The notes under the pieces were generated by a model. The model saw only the letters and a list, made by a program, of their open reading frames with translations. It was not told the origin of the DNA and ran no database searches. 49,126 nucleotides of DNA, from assembly GCA_045545315.1 (NCBI GenBank), contig JAZQAR010000071.1:1-49126 (forward strand). The letters are read 5' to 3'. A program made the position numbers and the translations under genes. The stretch comes from Eubacteriales bacterium. Its GTDB lineage: Bacteria > Bacillota > Clostridia > Oscillospirales > QAKW01. Below, piece by piece: positions 1 to 9,093 of this stretch (positions are counted from its first letter, which is position 1; every line of letters starts with the position of its first letter).

Positions 1-29
1 AGTGTTGGTCCTATATTGACACACTCGTG

Positions 30-149
30 AGCGGTACACCTATTGTGCAGAACGGAAAACTCGTCGGCGCGGTGACCCACGTGCTCATCGACGACCCCAC
101 CAGCGGCTACGGCATTTTCATCGAAAATATGCTGGCCAGCGCAGAATGA
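30..149 (+). pseudogene. spoIVB: 3' fragment of SpoIVB peptidase (S55) gene
   Basis: Manual translation gives [39 protein letters not shown], the conserved SpoIVB C-terminus. In-frame upstream codons (CWSYIDTLV) do not match the expected GGIVQGM. Confidence 0.85.
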
Positions 150-176
150 AAAAGGAGGTCTTACGACCTGCTTTTT
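149..176. terminator. Bidirectional hairpin terminator AAAAAGGAGGTC-TTAC-GACCTGCTTTTT
   Basis: Inverted repeat between the convergent spoIVB fragment and doc. Near-identical reverse-complement copy at 6120-6147. Confidence 0.7.
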
Positions 177-549
177 ATCTGTTTTCTCGGATCCATTCCA
201 AGAGATCCTCATAATTCATTGTCCCTGCGGCAACTGCAAGGCCGACACGGGCGACCTCTTCTACGGTGGGATCGATCCGAACTCCGTTGATCTCCAAAAA
301 TGTCAGGAGAATATACATTCCGATCCGCTTATTGCCGTCCACAAAGGCGTGGTTCGAGATCAGCGAATAGCCCAGCTTGGCGCCTTTTTCCTCTTTGGTG
401 GGATACAGTTCTTGACCATCAAAGGTGGCAAAGGCAGATTCCAATGCGCTCTCTAACAGATCAACGTCCCGAATATTGGGATCACCACCGGTTTCAGCGG
501 TAATTAATTGGTGCAGCAAAAGCACCTTTTCTTTGCTGAATTTGATCAT
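175..549 (-). CDS. doc: Doc/Fic-family type II toxin (death-on-curing)
   Basis: Doc-type Fic motif HAFVDGNKR; 124 aa; overlaps the upstream antitoxin by 4 nt. Confidence 0.9.
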   Translation of the reverse strand: MIKFSKEKVLLLHQLITAETGGDPNIRDVDLLESALESAFATFDGQELYPTKEEKGAKLGYSLISNHAFVDGNKRIGMYILLTFLEINGVRIDPTVEEVARVGLAVAAGTMNYEDLLEWIRENR

Positions 550-788
550 TTTGCCAACTCCTCAAAGGCGCGCCGATATTTTTTGAGGATCCGCGCCGCC
601 ACAAAATCAATTTTTTCATCATCGGTCATTTCGATGGTGGTATCGGCTTCAATATCGATCAATTTATATTTCGGTTTATTGTTTTTGAAGATAAACATCG
701 CCCCGTTTTTATCCACCAATCTTGCCACACGGGAAAAATTTTGATTGGCTTCCGAGATCGAAACGATCTGATTCATATTAAGATTCAT
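546..788 (-). CDS. phd: Phd/YefM-family antitoxin
   Basis: IVSISEANQNFSRVARLVD...IFKNNKPKY is a Phd signature; GGAGG RBS; coupled to doc. Confidence 0.88.
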   Translation of the reverse strand: MNLNMNQIVSISEANQNFSRVARLVDKNGAMFIFKNNKPKYKLIDIEADTTIEMTDDEKIDFVAARILKKYRRAFEELAK

Positions 789-811
789 CGCTTTGCCTCC
801 TTTTCTATTTT

Positions 812-846
812 AGTATATTCTTAATTTAGGATATTGTCAACCTAAA
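812..846 (-). promoter_or_regulatory. sigma-A promoter of phd-doc with palindromic operator over -35
   Basis: Minus strand TTGACA-17 nt-TATACT; TTTAGG...CCTAAA inverted repeat (825-846) straddles the -35. Confidence 0.7.
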
Positions 847-866
847 ATTTATGGAAATTGTTGACC

Positions 867-1664
867 TTATATTTCGTATCTGCTATTGAGTTCCCGGACG
901 TATTCCCGGGGTGTTTTTTGCATCCGCCGTTTGAAAACGGAGCTGAAGTAGCTTTGGGAGGAAAAGCCGCAGGTCAGGGCGACCTCGGTGACCGAGCGGT
1001 CAGTGGTGAGCAAAAGGTCGATAGCCTTTTTAATCCGCTGTTCCTCCACGTAATCCCGCAGGGTGGTGCCCACCGCCCCTTTGAATTTGTTATGAAAATG
1101 GATGGGGCTCAGGTGAACCGCTGCCGCCACCGTTTCCAGCCGGAGGTCTTCCGTCAGGTGCTCCTTAATATAGCGTAGAGTGGTGGGGATCACGGTGTTT
1201 TCCTCCACGTTATAGGGGGTGTGGACGGCGATAGCCTCGCAATGGAGGGTATAGACCAGCTCCATCAGCAGGCTATGCAACAAAACCGTATTTGCGGCAT
1301 CGCCACCGTTTTGGCATTGGATCAGTTTTTTGAAAAGAGCGGCATAGGCCTCCCGCTGTTGGGTGATGATAAAGGTCGGCAACTCCATCAAAAGCTCATA
1401 GAGGGCACCGTCCGTCACCCGGAGATGAACGTAAGAGCAACGGAAGGGGAATCGGGTATGCCGCACCTGCCCCGGTTTGGCGCAGATCAACAGATCGCGG
1501 GTGATGGGGTGGGAACGGTCGTCGATATAAGAGACCCCGCCCTCCTCCGCCGCCAACTCCAGCTCAAAGCCGGGGGTGACCCGGTTCCGGCTGACTTCAA
1601 TATTTTTGGCGGCTATTTTAGAATTGTAGATCCCTATGGCGGTTATTTCAGGCGAGGTGATCAT
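867..1664 (-). CDS. AraC-family transcriptional regulator
   Basis: C-terminal double HTH (EVALTCGFSSQSYFSSVFKRRMQKTPREY); start placed at the ATG after a GGAGGG RBS. Confidence 0.9.
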   Translation of the reverse strand: MITSPEITAIGIYNSKIAAKNIEVSRNRVTPGFELELAAEEGGVSYIDDRSHPITRDLLICAKPGQVRHTRFPFRCSYVHLRVTDGALYELLMELPTFIITQQREAYAALFKKLIQCQNGGDAANTVLLHSLLMELVYTLHCEAIAVHTPYNVEENTVIPTTLRYIKEHLTEDLRLETVAAAVHLSPIHFHNKFKGAVGTTLRDYVEEQRIKKAIDLLLTTDRSVTEVALTCGFSSQSYFSSVFKRRMQKTPREYVRELNSRYEI

Positions 1665-1774
1665 ATTGCCCTCCAAACAGTAAGATTTCAAATGAAAACA
1701 GTAAAAAAATTGCTATTCATTCGATAAAATATATAATATAATCAAAATATCAAAATGTCAATGGGGGTATCACC

Positions 1775-2590
1775 ATGAAAGAATTTAAAGTAAAAGATCA
1801 CGAAAGCTCCTTTCTGCCCGATGGCGAATGGAACCTGGTCTGGGCCGACGAATTCGACGGCACCGAACTGGACACCACAAAATGGGATTACCGCCGCTCT
1901 ATGATGGGGCTCCAATGGCCCGCCTGGACCGATAAAGGGGTTCATTTAGACGGCAAGAGTAACTGTGTTTTTACTCTGATGGAGGAGGACGGCAGACCCG
2001 TTTGCTCTCAGCTTCAGACCGGCTATAACTTTATGGATGAGCCGGTGCAAAAGACCGTCTTTGGCCACGATCATCTTCAATGGAATATCGGCAAATTAAA
2101 GGAAAATAAATTCACCCACAGCCACGGCTATTACGAATGCCGTTGCAGACTTCAGCAAAAAGAGGGTTGGTGGAGTGCTTTTTGGATCCAATCCCCCGTG
2201 ATCGGCGCCTCCATCGATCCGGCCGACACCGGTGTAGAGATCGACGTGATGGAATCCTTCCGCCCCGGTGTGGTGTACGGTCACAACGTCTTTACCGGCG
2301 GTTACGGCCTGGATATGCAGCGCAGGAAGGTAGGCGGGGTCGACGGCCTTGATACCGACGTGTTCCACACCTTCGGGCTTTTGTGGGATGAAACGGGCTA
2401 TACCTTCTTTGTGGACGGCAAGGAGGATGGCAAGATCACCGATTTTATCACTGCCCGCCCGGAATTTATTTTGATCTCCACCGAGCCCCAAGGCTACCGC
2501 TATGAAGACCATCAACCTACCAAGGAGGCCCGGGAGGCGGTGGGCGATACCTTTGTGGTGGATCACGTGCGTGTTTTTGAAAGGAAATAA
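1775..2590 (+). CDS. Glycoside hydrolase family 16 protein (no signal peptide)
   Basis: WNLVWADEFDG N-terminus, WSAFW, catalytic EIDVME, FHTFGLLW motifs. Confidence 0.88.
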   Translation: MKEFKVKDHESSFLPDGEWNLVWADEFDGTELDTTKWDYRRSMMGLQWPAWTDKGVHLDGKSNCVFTLMEEDGRPVCSQLQTGYNFMDEPVQKTVFGHDHLQWNIGKLKENKFTHSHGYYECRCRLQQKEGWWSAFWIQSPVIGASIDPADTGVEIDVMESFRPGVVYGHNVFTGGYGLDMQRRKVGGVDGLDTDVFHTFGLLWDETGYTFFVDGKEDGKITDFITARPEFILISTEPQGYRYEDHQPTKEAREAVGDTFVVDHVRVFERK

Positions 2591-2701
2591 CCACTGGTAA
2601 GATTGATCGAAAAAGGAAAAATAATCCCCAAAAGCGCAAGGGAGATCAACAAATCGATCACCGACGGTCTCTTTGGAGATCAGCAATTTTGTGTAAAATA
2701 T

Positions 2702-2730
2702 AAAGAGCAGGAAAAATTCCTGCTCTTTTT
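2702..2730. terminator. Intrinsic terminator between convergent GH16 and MATE genes
   Basis: AAAGAGCAGGA-AAAAT-TCCTGCTCTTTTT hairpin. Confidence 0.7.
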
Positions 2731-2740
2731 CTATACGGGG

Positions 2741-4114
2741 TTACGCCGGATGGGCGGCAAGGGTCCCGGTCACCTTTTTCAGGGTGGGGAACAAAACGAA
2801 GGTCAGGGTAACGGCCGAGAGCACCCAGCCCACGGGCCAGACCAGATAGAGGAAGGTCAGGTTGGGGCAGAGGGGGAAGATCAGGTACACCCAGACGAAG
2901 CGGAAGGCGCACATATAAACCAACGTGGAGACGGTGGCGGGGATGGGGTTATTCAAGCCCCGCAGGGCGGCGCCTAAAATTTCGTTGATGCCGGTGAGAA
3001 AATAGGTGCTGGAGATGATGATCATCTTCTGGCGGGAGAAGGCGATGACCGCAGGATCCGAGGACATAATGGAGGAAAGCTGGGCCGAGAAGATGGAGCT
3101 GAGGGCTCCAAAGGTGGCGCCCAGACAAACGGTGATCAAAATGCCCTTCCAGATGGCCTCCTTCGCCCGTTTTACGTTGCCGGCACCGATATTCTGGCTG
3201 ACGTAGGGCATGACCGCCAGAGAGGTGGAAACACAGATCTGATACAAAATACCGTCGAAGTTATTGGCAATGGCAATGCCGGTGGTGGCCTGGGGGCCAA
3301 AGGAGTTGACGGTGGCGGTGATGATGACGTTGGCGATGGAATAGAGGGCCTGTTGCAGGCCGGCAGGCACCCCAACGTACAGCATTTTGGAAAGCTCCTT
3401 GCCGTAAAAACGGATGTGCTTTGGTTTGAGCTGAACGGCACCGGCGTTCCGTACCAGGGCAAAGCCCCCCAAAAAGGCGCAAACGCTCCAGGAAAGGATG
3501 GTGCCGATGGCCACGCCGGTGACCCCCAACTTAAATTGGGAGATCAGTACGAAGTTGGCGGAGACCTTGACCGCTCCGCCCACGATCAAAAAGATCATAG
3601 GCCGGCGGGAATCGCCGGTGGAGCGCAGGATAGCGGCGCAAAAATTGTAGAACATTAAAAGGGGCGCGCCCGCAAAGTAAAGGCGGAAATAAAGGGTCGC
3701 CTGACCCAGCAGTTCTTCGGGACAGTTGGTCCAGCGCAGGAATATTTCCGCGCCTCCGATGCCGATGGCCGCCAGCCCCAGCCCGGACACCACCGAAAAG
3801 GCAATGGCGGAGCCCACCGCCCGATCCACACCGGGCTGATCCTTTCGGCCGATGTTCTTGGCGATCAGCACGTTGGCGCCGGCGGAGACCCCGATCACCA
3901 GGCCGGTGATCAAAGAGATCAGCGTTCCGCAGACCCCCACCGCCCCGATGGCGATGCCGTTACCGGGATCGTAGGTCTTCAGAACGGTCATATCGATAAT
4001 ATTGAAAAGGGAAGTCATCACGTTCATGATCATCACGGGCACCGAAATGGAAAGCAGCCCCTTGACGATGGAACCGGATAACATATTGACGTCGTTTTTA
4101 GCCAATGGGTTCAC
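2741..4114 (-). CDS. MATE-family efflux transporter
   Basis: 457 aa, about 12 TM; ILRSTGDSRRPM and SQNIGAG motifs. Confidence 0.92.
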   Translation of the reverse strand: MNPLAKNDVNMLSGSIVKGLLSISVPVMIMNVMTSLFNIIDMTVLKTYDPGNGIAIGAVGVCGTLISLITGLVIGVSAGANVLIAKNIGRKDQPGVDRAVGSAIAFSVVSGLGLAAIGIGGAEIFLRWTNCPEELLGQATLYFRLYFAGAPLLMFYNFCAAILRSTGDSRRPMIFLIVGGAVKVSANFVLISQFKLGVTGVAIGTILSWSVCAFLGGFALVRNAGAVQLKPKHIRFYGKELSKMLYVGVPAGLQQALYSIANVIITATVNSFGPQATTGIAIANNFDGILYQICVSTSLAVMPYVSQNIGAGNVKRAKEAIWKGILITVCLGATFGALSSIFSAQLSSIMSSDPAVIAFSRQKMIIISSTYFLTGINEILGAALRGLNNPIPATVSTLVYMCAFRFVWVYLIFPLCPNLTFLYLVWPVGWVLSAVTLTFVLFPTLKKVTGTLAAHPA

Positions 4115-4248
4115 CTCGCTTTTGTTTCGGCTTAATCATACTCCCTTTTAAGCCAAAAAGCAAGACGGAATGAAAAGTTTTTACGGTCTTGTTTTATGCC
4201 CGGCGAGGTGATATAATGGGGCTATTCCTGAAAAGAGGAGGGTGTGCT

Positions 4249-6096
4249 ATGAAAAGAGAAAAAATCAGGCAGGAGCATTATGAATTCGCCGTGATCGGCG
4301 GGGGAATGTCCGGCATTTGTGCGGCGGTGGCGGCCGCACGGCACGGTGTTAAAACCGTTTTGGTGCATAATCGACCGGTGTTGGGCGGAAATGCCTCCAG
4401 TGAGATCCGGATGCACATTTGCGGCGCCGATGAAAACGGCCATAAGCCGGAGCTGACCGAGGGCGGGATCCTGCACGAAATTCTGCTGAAAAACAAAAGC
4501 AGAAACGATTATTTCAGCTACGCTTTATGGGACTTGACCCTTTATGAAACGGTGAAAGCAGAACCGAATCTGACCGTTCATTTCAACACTTCTATGATCG
4601 ATTGCACGGTGGAAGAGGATCAGATCCGCTCGGTGATCTGCTACCAGACCACAACGGAATTCAAACTGGAAATTACGGCAGATCTCTTTGCCGATTGTAC
4701 CGGTAACGCTACCTTGGGATATTTTGCCGGGGCAGATTATCGGGAGGGGAGTGAAAGCTATTCCGAATTCAAGGAAAAGCATGCACCTCAAACTGCCAAC
4801 GATGACCGAATGGGGAATACGATCCTGTTTAAAGCACTGGATCGGGGCAAGCCCGTTCCCTATACCCCTCCGGCCTTTGCGAAAAAATTAACGGAAGAGC
4901 AGCTGAAATTCCGGCTGCACTCCAAATATCATACGGTGGACGCCTCCTCCGCCTCCGATCCGGTGGCCTTTACCCGGGCTTCTACCGGTAGTAATACCTC
5001 GGTAGATTACGGATATTGGTGGATCGAGCTGATGGGCGAAGGGGAGGATTTTGTCGGTCAGTATGAAAAGGTGAAGGATGATCTTTTGTCCTACGTTTAC
5101 GGAATGTGGGATCACGTTAAAAACGGCGGGGAACACGGTGCTGCCAATTTTGAACTGGAATGGGTGGGAATGCTCCCCGGTATGCGGGAAAGCCGCCGGC
5201 TGGTGGGGGATTACCTTTTGAATGAAAACGACGTATTTGAAAACCGGATCTTCGAGGATGCGGTGGCATACGGCGGTTGGCCGGTGGACGTGCATTGTGC
5301 CCACGGGCTGTTGGATTTTCATATTCTGCCCAGTGAGGTTTATGCCTTCAAGGGGGCCTATACCATCCCCTGGCGCAGCTATTATTCCCGGAATATCAAA
5401 AACCTGATGATGGCCGGCAGAAATATCAGTACCACCCGTCTTGCCCTGGGCAGTACCCGGATTATGGGCACCTGCTCGGTGGGCGGTCAGGCTGTGGGAA
5501 CGGCGGTGGCGCTGATGAAAAAATACGGCTGCCTTCCCCGGGAGTTGGCTCCGCATATCAAGGAATTGCAACAAATTTTGTTAAAGGACGACGGCTTCCT
5601 TCCTTCGGTTCGGAATGAGGATCCCCGGGATCCGGCACCCCGCGCCATGGTGACGGCCTCTTCCTTCCAACCGGGCTTTGAGCCAGAGGAAACAGTGAAC
5701 GGCATCAGCCGCCCTGCGCAGGGTCGGGAAAACGCCTGGCGCTCCCGGGGGATCGATCGGGAGGGGGAATGGCTGCAGTTTGACCTTGAGGCGCCCAAAA
5801 CTGTTTCCCAAGTTCAACTGACCTTTGACTCCGGCTTTGGCCATCCGATCCGGATCACCATGTCTGATAATCGGCGGAAACAGCAACGGATCGGTGTTCC
5901 GCCGGAACTGGTGAAGGATTTTGCGGTGGAGTTACTTCGCAACGGAAAAGCCGTTATGCGTCAATCGGTGGCGAACAATATTCAGCGGATGTGTCGGGTG
6001 GAATTGCCTCCCACGGAATGTGATGGGGTCAGAATCACCGTTCAAAGCACCAATGGCTGTGAGGATGCCCGGATTTTTGAAGTGCGGATCTATTAA
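4249..6096 (+). CDS. FAD-dependent oxidoreductase with C-terminal discoidin/F5-8-like domain
   Basis: VIGGGMSG...AAARHG, LGGNASSE, DCTG, RESRR and MMAGRNIS motifs; the C-terminal EWLQFDL...ARIFEVRIY suggests a beta-sandwich. Confidence 0.85.
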   Translation: MKREKIRQEHYEFAVIGGGMSGICAAVAAARHGVKTVLVHNRPVLGGNASSEIRMHICGADENGHKPELTEGGILHEILLKNKSRNDYFSYALWDLTLYETVKAEPNLTVHFNTSMIDCTVEEDQIRSVICYQTTTEFKLEITADLFADCTGNATLGYFAGADYREGSESYSEFKEKHAPQTANDDRMGNTILFKALDRGKPVPYTPPAFAKKLTEEQLKFRLHSKYHTVDASSASDPVAFTRASTGSNTSVDYGYWWIELMGEGEDFVGQYEKVKDDLLSYVYGMWDHVKNGGEHGAANFELEWVGMLPGMRESRRLVGDYLLNENDVFENRIFEDAVAYGGWPVDVHCAHGLLDFHILPSEVYAFKGAYTIPWRSYYSRNIKNLMMAGRNISTTRLALGSTRIMGTCSVGGQAVGTAVALMKKYGCLPRELAPHIKELQQILLKDDGFLPSVRNEDPRDPAPRAMVTASSFQPGFEPEETVNGISRPAQGRENAWRSRGIDREGEWLQFDLEAPKTVSQVQLTFDSGFGHPIRITMSDNRRKQQRIGVPPELVKDFAVELLRNGKAVMRQSVANNIQRMCRVELPPTECDGVRITVQSTNGCEDARIFEVRIY

Positions 6097-6119
6097 AAAG
6101 AAAAAAGCAAGACAACGTA

Positions 6120-6148
6120 AAAAAGCAGGTCGTAAGACCTGCTTTTTT
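6120..6148. terminator. Hairpin terminator AAAAAGCAGGTC-GTAA-GACCTGCTTTTT
   Basis: Perfect stem, GNRA loop, A/T tails on both sides. Confidence 0.75.
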
Positions 6149-6208
6149 AGTTTTTCATCAGTTGGTTCAGGTGGTTGGGTGGAACTCACCCCGCATTTGT
6201 TGAAGACC

Positions 6209-6520
6209 CTAAAACTTATTAAGGATTATCCCGGGATAATAGGTATCATCATAGCTTTTCAGTAAGTAATTCTTATAGTGCTCGCTTATATACGGATACT
6301 CTGCTCGTACATAAACTCGTTTTATGTGCGGGTATTTTTCTTTTGTTTCGGTTACGAGTTCAAGGCACAGGCTATTAAAGCGGCTCTTACTTCCAAAAAG
6401 AAACGTATCAACTTTTTCATCTACAATCAGTTTTTCAATCGTTTGAATAATTTTTGCTTTTAGTTCATCGGTTTCGTTTATCTTTCTATGACCCAAAAAG
6501 CAACAACTGTTTTTACACAT
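6209..6520 (-). pseudogene. DUF1273/YoqJ-like (SLOG) protein, probably C-terminally truncated
   Basis: CCFLGHR N-terminal motif, FLFG..S.F, KEKYPHIKRVYV; ends at 103 aa, before the usual RN..MVD segment. Confidence 0.6.
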
Positions 6521-6544
6521 AACATATCACCACGACAAAAGTTT

Positions 6545-6577
6545 ACCATATATGGTCCAAAAAGCCCATATATGGTC
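6545..6577. promoter_or_regulatory. Tandem palindromic operators CCATATATGG x2
   Basis: ccatatatggtc at 6546-6557 and 6566-6577 (20-bp period), between the divergent SLOG-like and XRE genes. Confidence 0.6.
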
Positions 6578-6633
6578 GATGTCATCCTTCTAAAAAACAT
6601 AAACTATATATAGAACTGTTTAGGGGTGATATT

Positions 6634-6876
6634 ATGGATACAAGAAAAGCGATAGCAAATCGATTATTAGAGTTATGTGAGGAAAAGGGATTATCCGTAA
6701 ATGCTCTTGCAAGAATTTCGGCCGTTCCGCCTTCAACGCTAAAGAATATAATTAACGGTGGCAGCAAGAACGCAGGTGTTGTTACGCTTAAAAAATTATG
6801 TGACGGTTTAGAAATATCCCTTTATGACTTTTTCAACACCGAAACGTTTAAAACTCTGGAACAAGAAATCAAATAA
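6634..6876 (+). CDS. XRE-family HTH regulator
   Basis: RLLELCEEKGLSVNALARISAVPPSTLKNII...TLKKLCDGLEISLYDFF. Confidence 0.9.
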   Translation: MDTRKAIANRLLELCEEKGLSVNALARISAVPPSTLKNIINGGSKNAGVVTLKKLCDGLEISLYDFFNTETFKTLEQEIK

Positions 6877-6889
6877 TGATCTATTAACA

Positions 6890-6922
6890 AAAACTCTCTG
6901 CTGAATTCCGGCAGAGAGTTTT
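6890..6922 (+). terminator. Intrinsic terminator after XRE gene
   Basis: AAAACTCTCTGC...GCAGAGAGTTTT hairpin. Confidence 0.7.
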
Positions 6923-6969
6923 ACTATTTTTCAGAGTATGCCTCGTAGGGTGCCCTATAACTTGCTTTT

Positions 6970-7704
6970 TTAGTTTTTCATCAGTTGGTTCAGGTAGTTG
7001 CGGGGGGAAAGGCCGGTTTGAGCTTTGAAGGTTTTGGAAAAATAGATATAGTCCTCGTAGCCGCATTGGGTGGCGATCTCCGATAGGGGAAGGCTATCCC
7101 GATAGGTCTCCAGCAGGGAACATGCGTGGTCGATCCGCAGCTTTGCCACCAGCCGCAGGGGCGAGATGCCATGGCGTTTTTTAAAGAGCATCCGGATATA
7201 ATCCGGAGCGTAGCCGCCGGAAGCTAAAATAGCGGCCACGTCGATCTCCTGATCCAGAGCCCCACGGGCGATCTCCTGATAGATCTGATCCACCGCCGCA
7301 TCGTTATGGCGGGAAAGATCGGCCTGCTGCAATAAAAACCGCAAAAGAGCGCTGGCCAGTTCCTGAACAAATGGGGTGACCCGATGGCGATGGCGGAACA
7401 GCATCTCCGCCAGGCGGGCGCCGTCCCCTTCTTCGTTGTCCTGTAGGATCAGGGGCTTCTCCAGTAAGGCGATGTGTGAAAAATCCGCCCGAATGCAAAC
7501 GTTAAAAAAACCGGGCTCGCCCATCGTATGGTGGAGGGTTCCTGCCGGGATCAGAATGGCGGTGCCCGGTTCTACGGGCGCTTCGGTCTCCGGGGTCTTG
7601 AAAATGCCCTTACCCTCCAGGCAAAGCTGGATCTCGATCTGTCCATGGCGGTGGATGGGGTTCCGGCGGAACTCCGGAATACTACGGTCAACGGTAAATT
7701 TCAT
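6970..7704 (-). CDS. AraC-family regulator with cupin sensor domain
   Basis: HRH..IE cupin N-terminus; EIATQCGYEDYIYFSKTFK AraC HTH. Confidence 0.88.
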   Translation of the reverse strand: MKFTVDRSIPEFRRNPIHRHGQIEIQLCLEGKGIFKTPETEAPVEPGTAILIPAGTLHHTMGEPGFFNVCIRADFSHIALLEKPLILQDNEEGDGARLAEMLFRHRHRVTPFVQELASALLRFLLQQADLSRHNDAAVDQIYQEIARGALDQEIDVAAILASGGYAPDYIRMLFKKRHGISPLRLVAKLRIDHACSLLETYRDSLPLSEIATQCGYEDYIYFSKTFKAQTGLSPRNYLNQLMKN

Positions 7705-7820
7705 TGTTGATCACCTCCCGGTCATCATACCATAAATCTATGTTTTATACAAGTATTTGACGAAAAGAACCATAGAAAATGCCCGGTACAGATGCTATAA
7801 TGAAAAAAAGGAGTGATCGT

Positions 7821-8699
7821 ATGAATTGGGAAAATTTACGGGAAGAAGAATTTAAAGCCGCCATTGAGAAAAGCGGCGGGCTTTGCGTTCTGCCCATCGG
7901 CTGTATGGAAAAGCACGGCCAGCATCTGCCGGTGGGCACTGACGGATACGAAGCCAGGGAGGCGGTGGAGCGCGCCGCCCAGCTGGAGGACGTGGTGGTG
8001 TTCCCCACCGGGATGTGGCTGGGAGATCTGACCGGCGCCCACGCCCGCAAAAATCCCCTGGAGCTGGGGCACGCCGGCTATATCGCCCTGAAGCCCACCA
8101 CCGTGCTGACGGTGCTGGAGGAGCTTTGTGACGAGATCGCCCGCAACGGCTTCCGCAAGATCCTGATCGTCAGCGCCCACGGCGGCAATAGGCCGCTGCT
8201 GGATTACTTTTTGCGGTGCCAGACCTACGAGACCAAGCCCTACGCCACGATGGTGAAGGGGAAGCTGCACGACCGCAAGACCCTTTGGGATGATCTTTTG
8301 GAACATCGGGAGGAGTTCCCTATGCTGACCGACGAGGATATCAAGGTGCTGGAGCGATACCGGGAGACGGGCACCGGCGGCGGTCACGCAGATTTTGTAG
8401 AAACCGCACGAATTATGGCCAACCACCCCGATCTGGTAGCCGAGGATCGGTATGAGGCGGAGAGCGGGCTTTCTACCCACCGCTCCGACCATATTTCCGC
8501 TTTGGGGGTATCGTTGGTGAGTGGCTGGGGCGCCAATTATCCCAACGCATACCAAGGCTTTGCTCCCCACGGCTGTAGCCAAACCATCGGGCAGGCGATC
8601 ATAGAACTTTCTGCCCGGGAACTGGCCAACATCTTCAAGACCTTGAAGGAAGATGAAGAATGTGTGCGGATCGCCCGCAAGGAGCCGCCTTTGAAATAA
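7821..8699 (+). CDS. Creatininase/mycofactocin peptidase-family amidohydrolase
   Basis: LPIGCMEKHGQHLPVGTD, AHGGN and GHADFVET motifs; start after an AGGAG RBS. Confidence 0.88.
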   Translation: MNWENLREEEFKAAIEKSGGLCVLPIGCMEKHGQHLPVGTDGYEAREAVERAAQLEDVVVFPTGMWLGDLTGAHARKNPLELGHAGYIALKPTTVLTVLEELCDEIARNGFRKILIVSAHGGNRPLLDYFLRCQTYETKPYATMVKGKLHDRKTLWDDLLEHREEFPMLTDEDIKVLERYRETGTGGGHADFVETARIMANHPDLVAEDRYEAESGLSTHRSDHISALGVSLVSGWGANYPNAYQGFAPHGCSQTIGQAIIELSARELANIFKTLKEDEECVRIARKEPPLK

Positions 8700-8752
8700 T
8701 AGTTGATAAAACCCCCTTTTCTGTGTTATGATATAGAAAAGGGGGTTTTGTT

Positions 8753-9082
8753 ATGTTCAATTTTTTGGAACACGCGGTGGATTTGGTTTTGCCCTATATC
8801 ATTTCCCTTTTGGAGATCATGGGTATTTTTGTGGTGGGCTGGAGCGCTGTGAAGGCCTTTTGGGAATATATCCAGAATTCCTTTTTCAAAAAAGAACTGG
8901 ATCTGCAGGCTCATTTTGCCAACGGGCTGGCCACCGGTCTGGAATTCAAGATGGCGGCGGAGATCCTCAAAACGGTATTGGTGCGGGAGCTCAGCGAGCT
9001 GTTGATCCTGGGCGCAGTGATCTTACTGCGGGCCCTTTTGAGCCTTTTGATCCATTTTGAAATGAAAAAGACCCATAAATAA
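8753..9082 (+). CDS. DUF1622-family membrane protein
   Basis: GLEFKMAAEILKTV...LGAVILLRALLS signature. Confidence 0.8.
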   Translation: MFNFLEHAVDLVLPYIISLLEIMGIFVVGWSAVKAFWEYIQNSFFKKELDLQAHFANGLATGLEFKMAAEILKTVLVRELSELLILGAVILLRALLSLLIHFEMKKTHK

Positions 9083-9093
9083 TAGGAGAACCG

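Larger units (their letters stand above)
6140..6995. mobile_element. AT-rich islet bounded by 33-bp direct repeats
   Basis: tgcttttttagtttttcatcagttggttcaggt at 6140-6172 and 6963-6995 (the 3' end of the AraC gene); the interior is visibly AT-rich. Confidence 0.65.
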
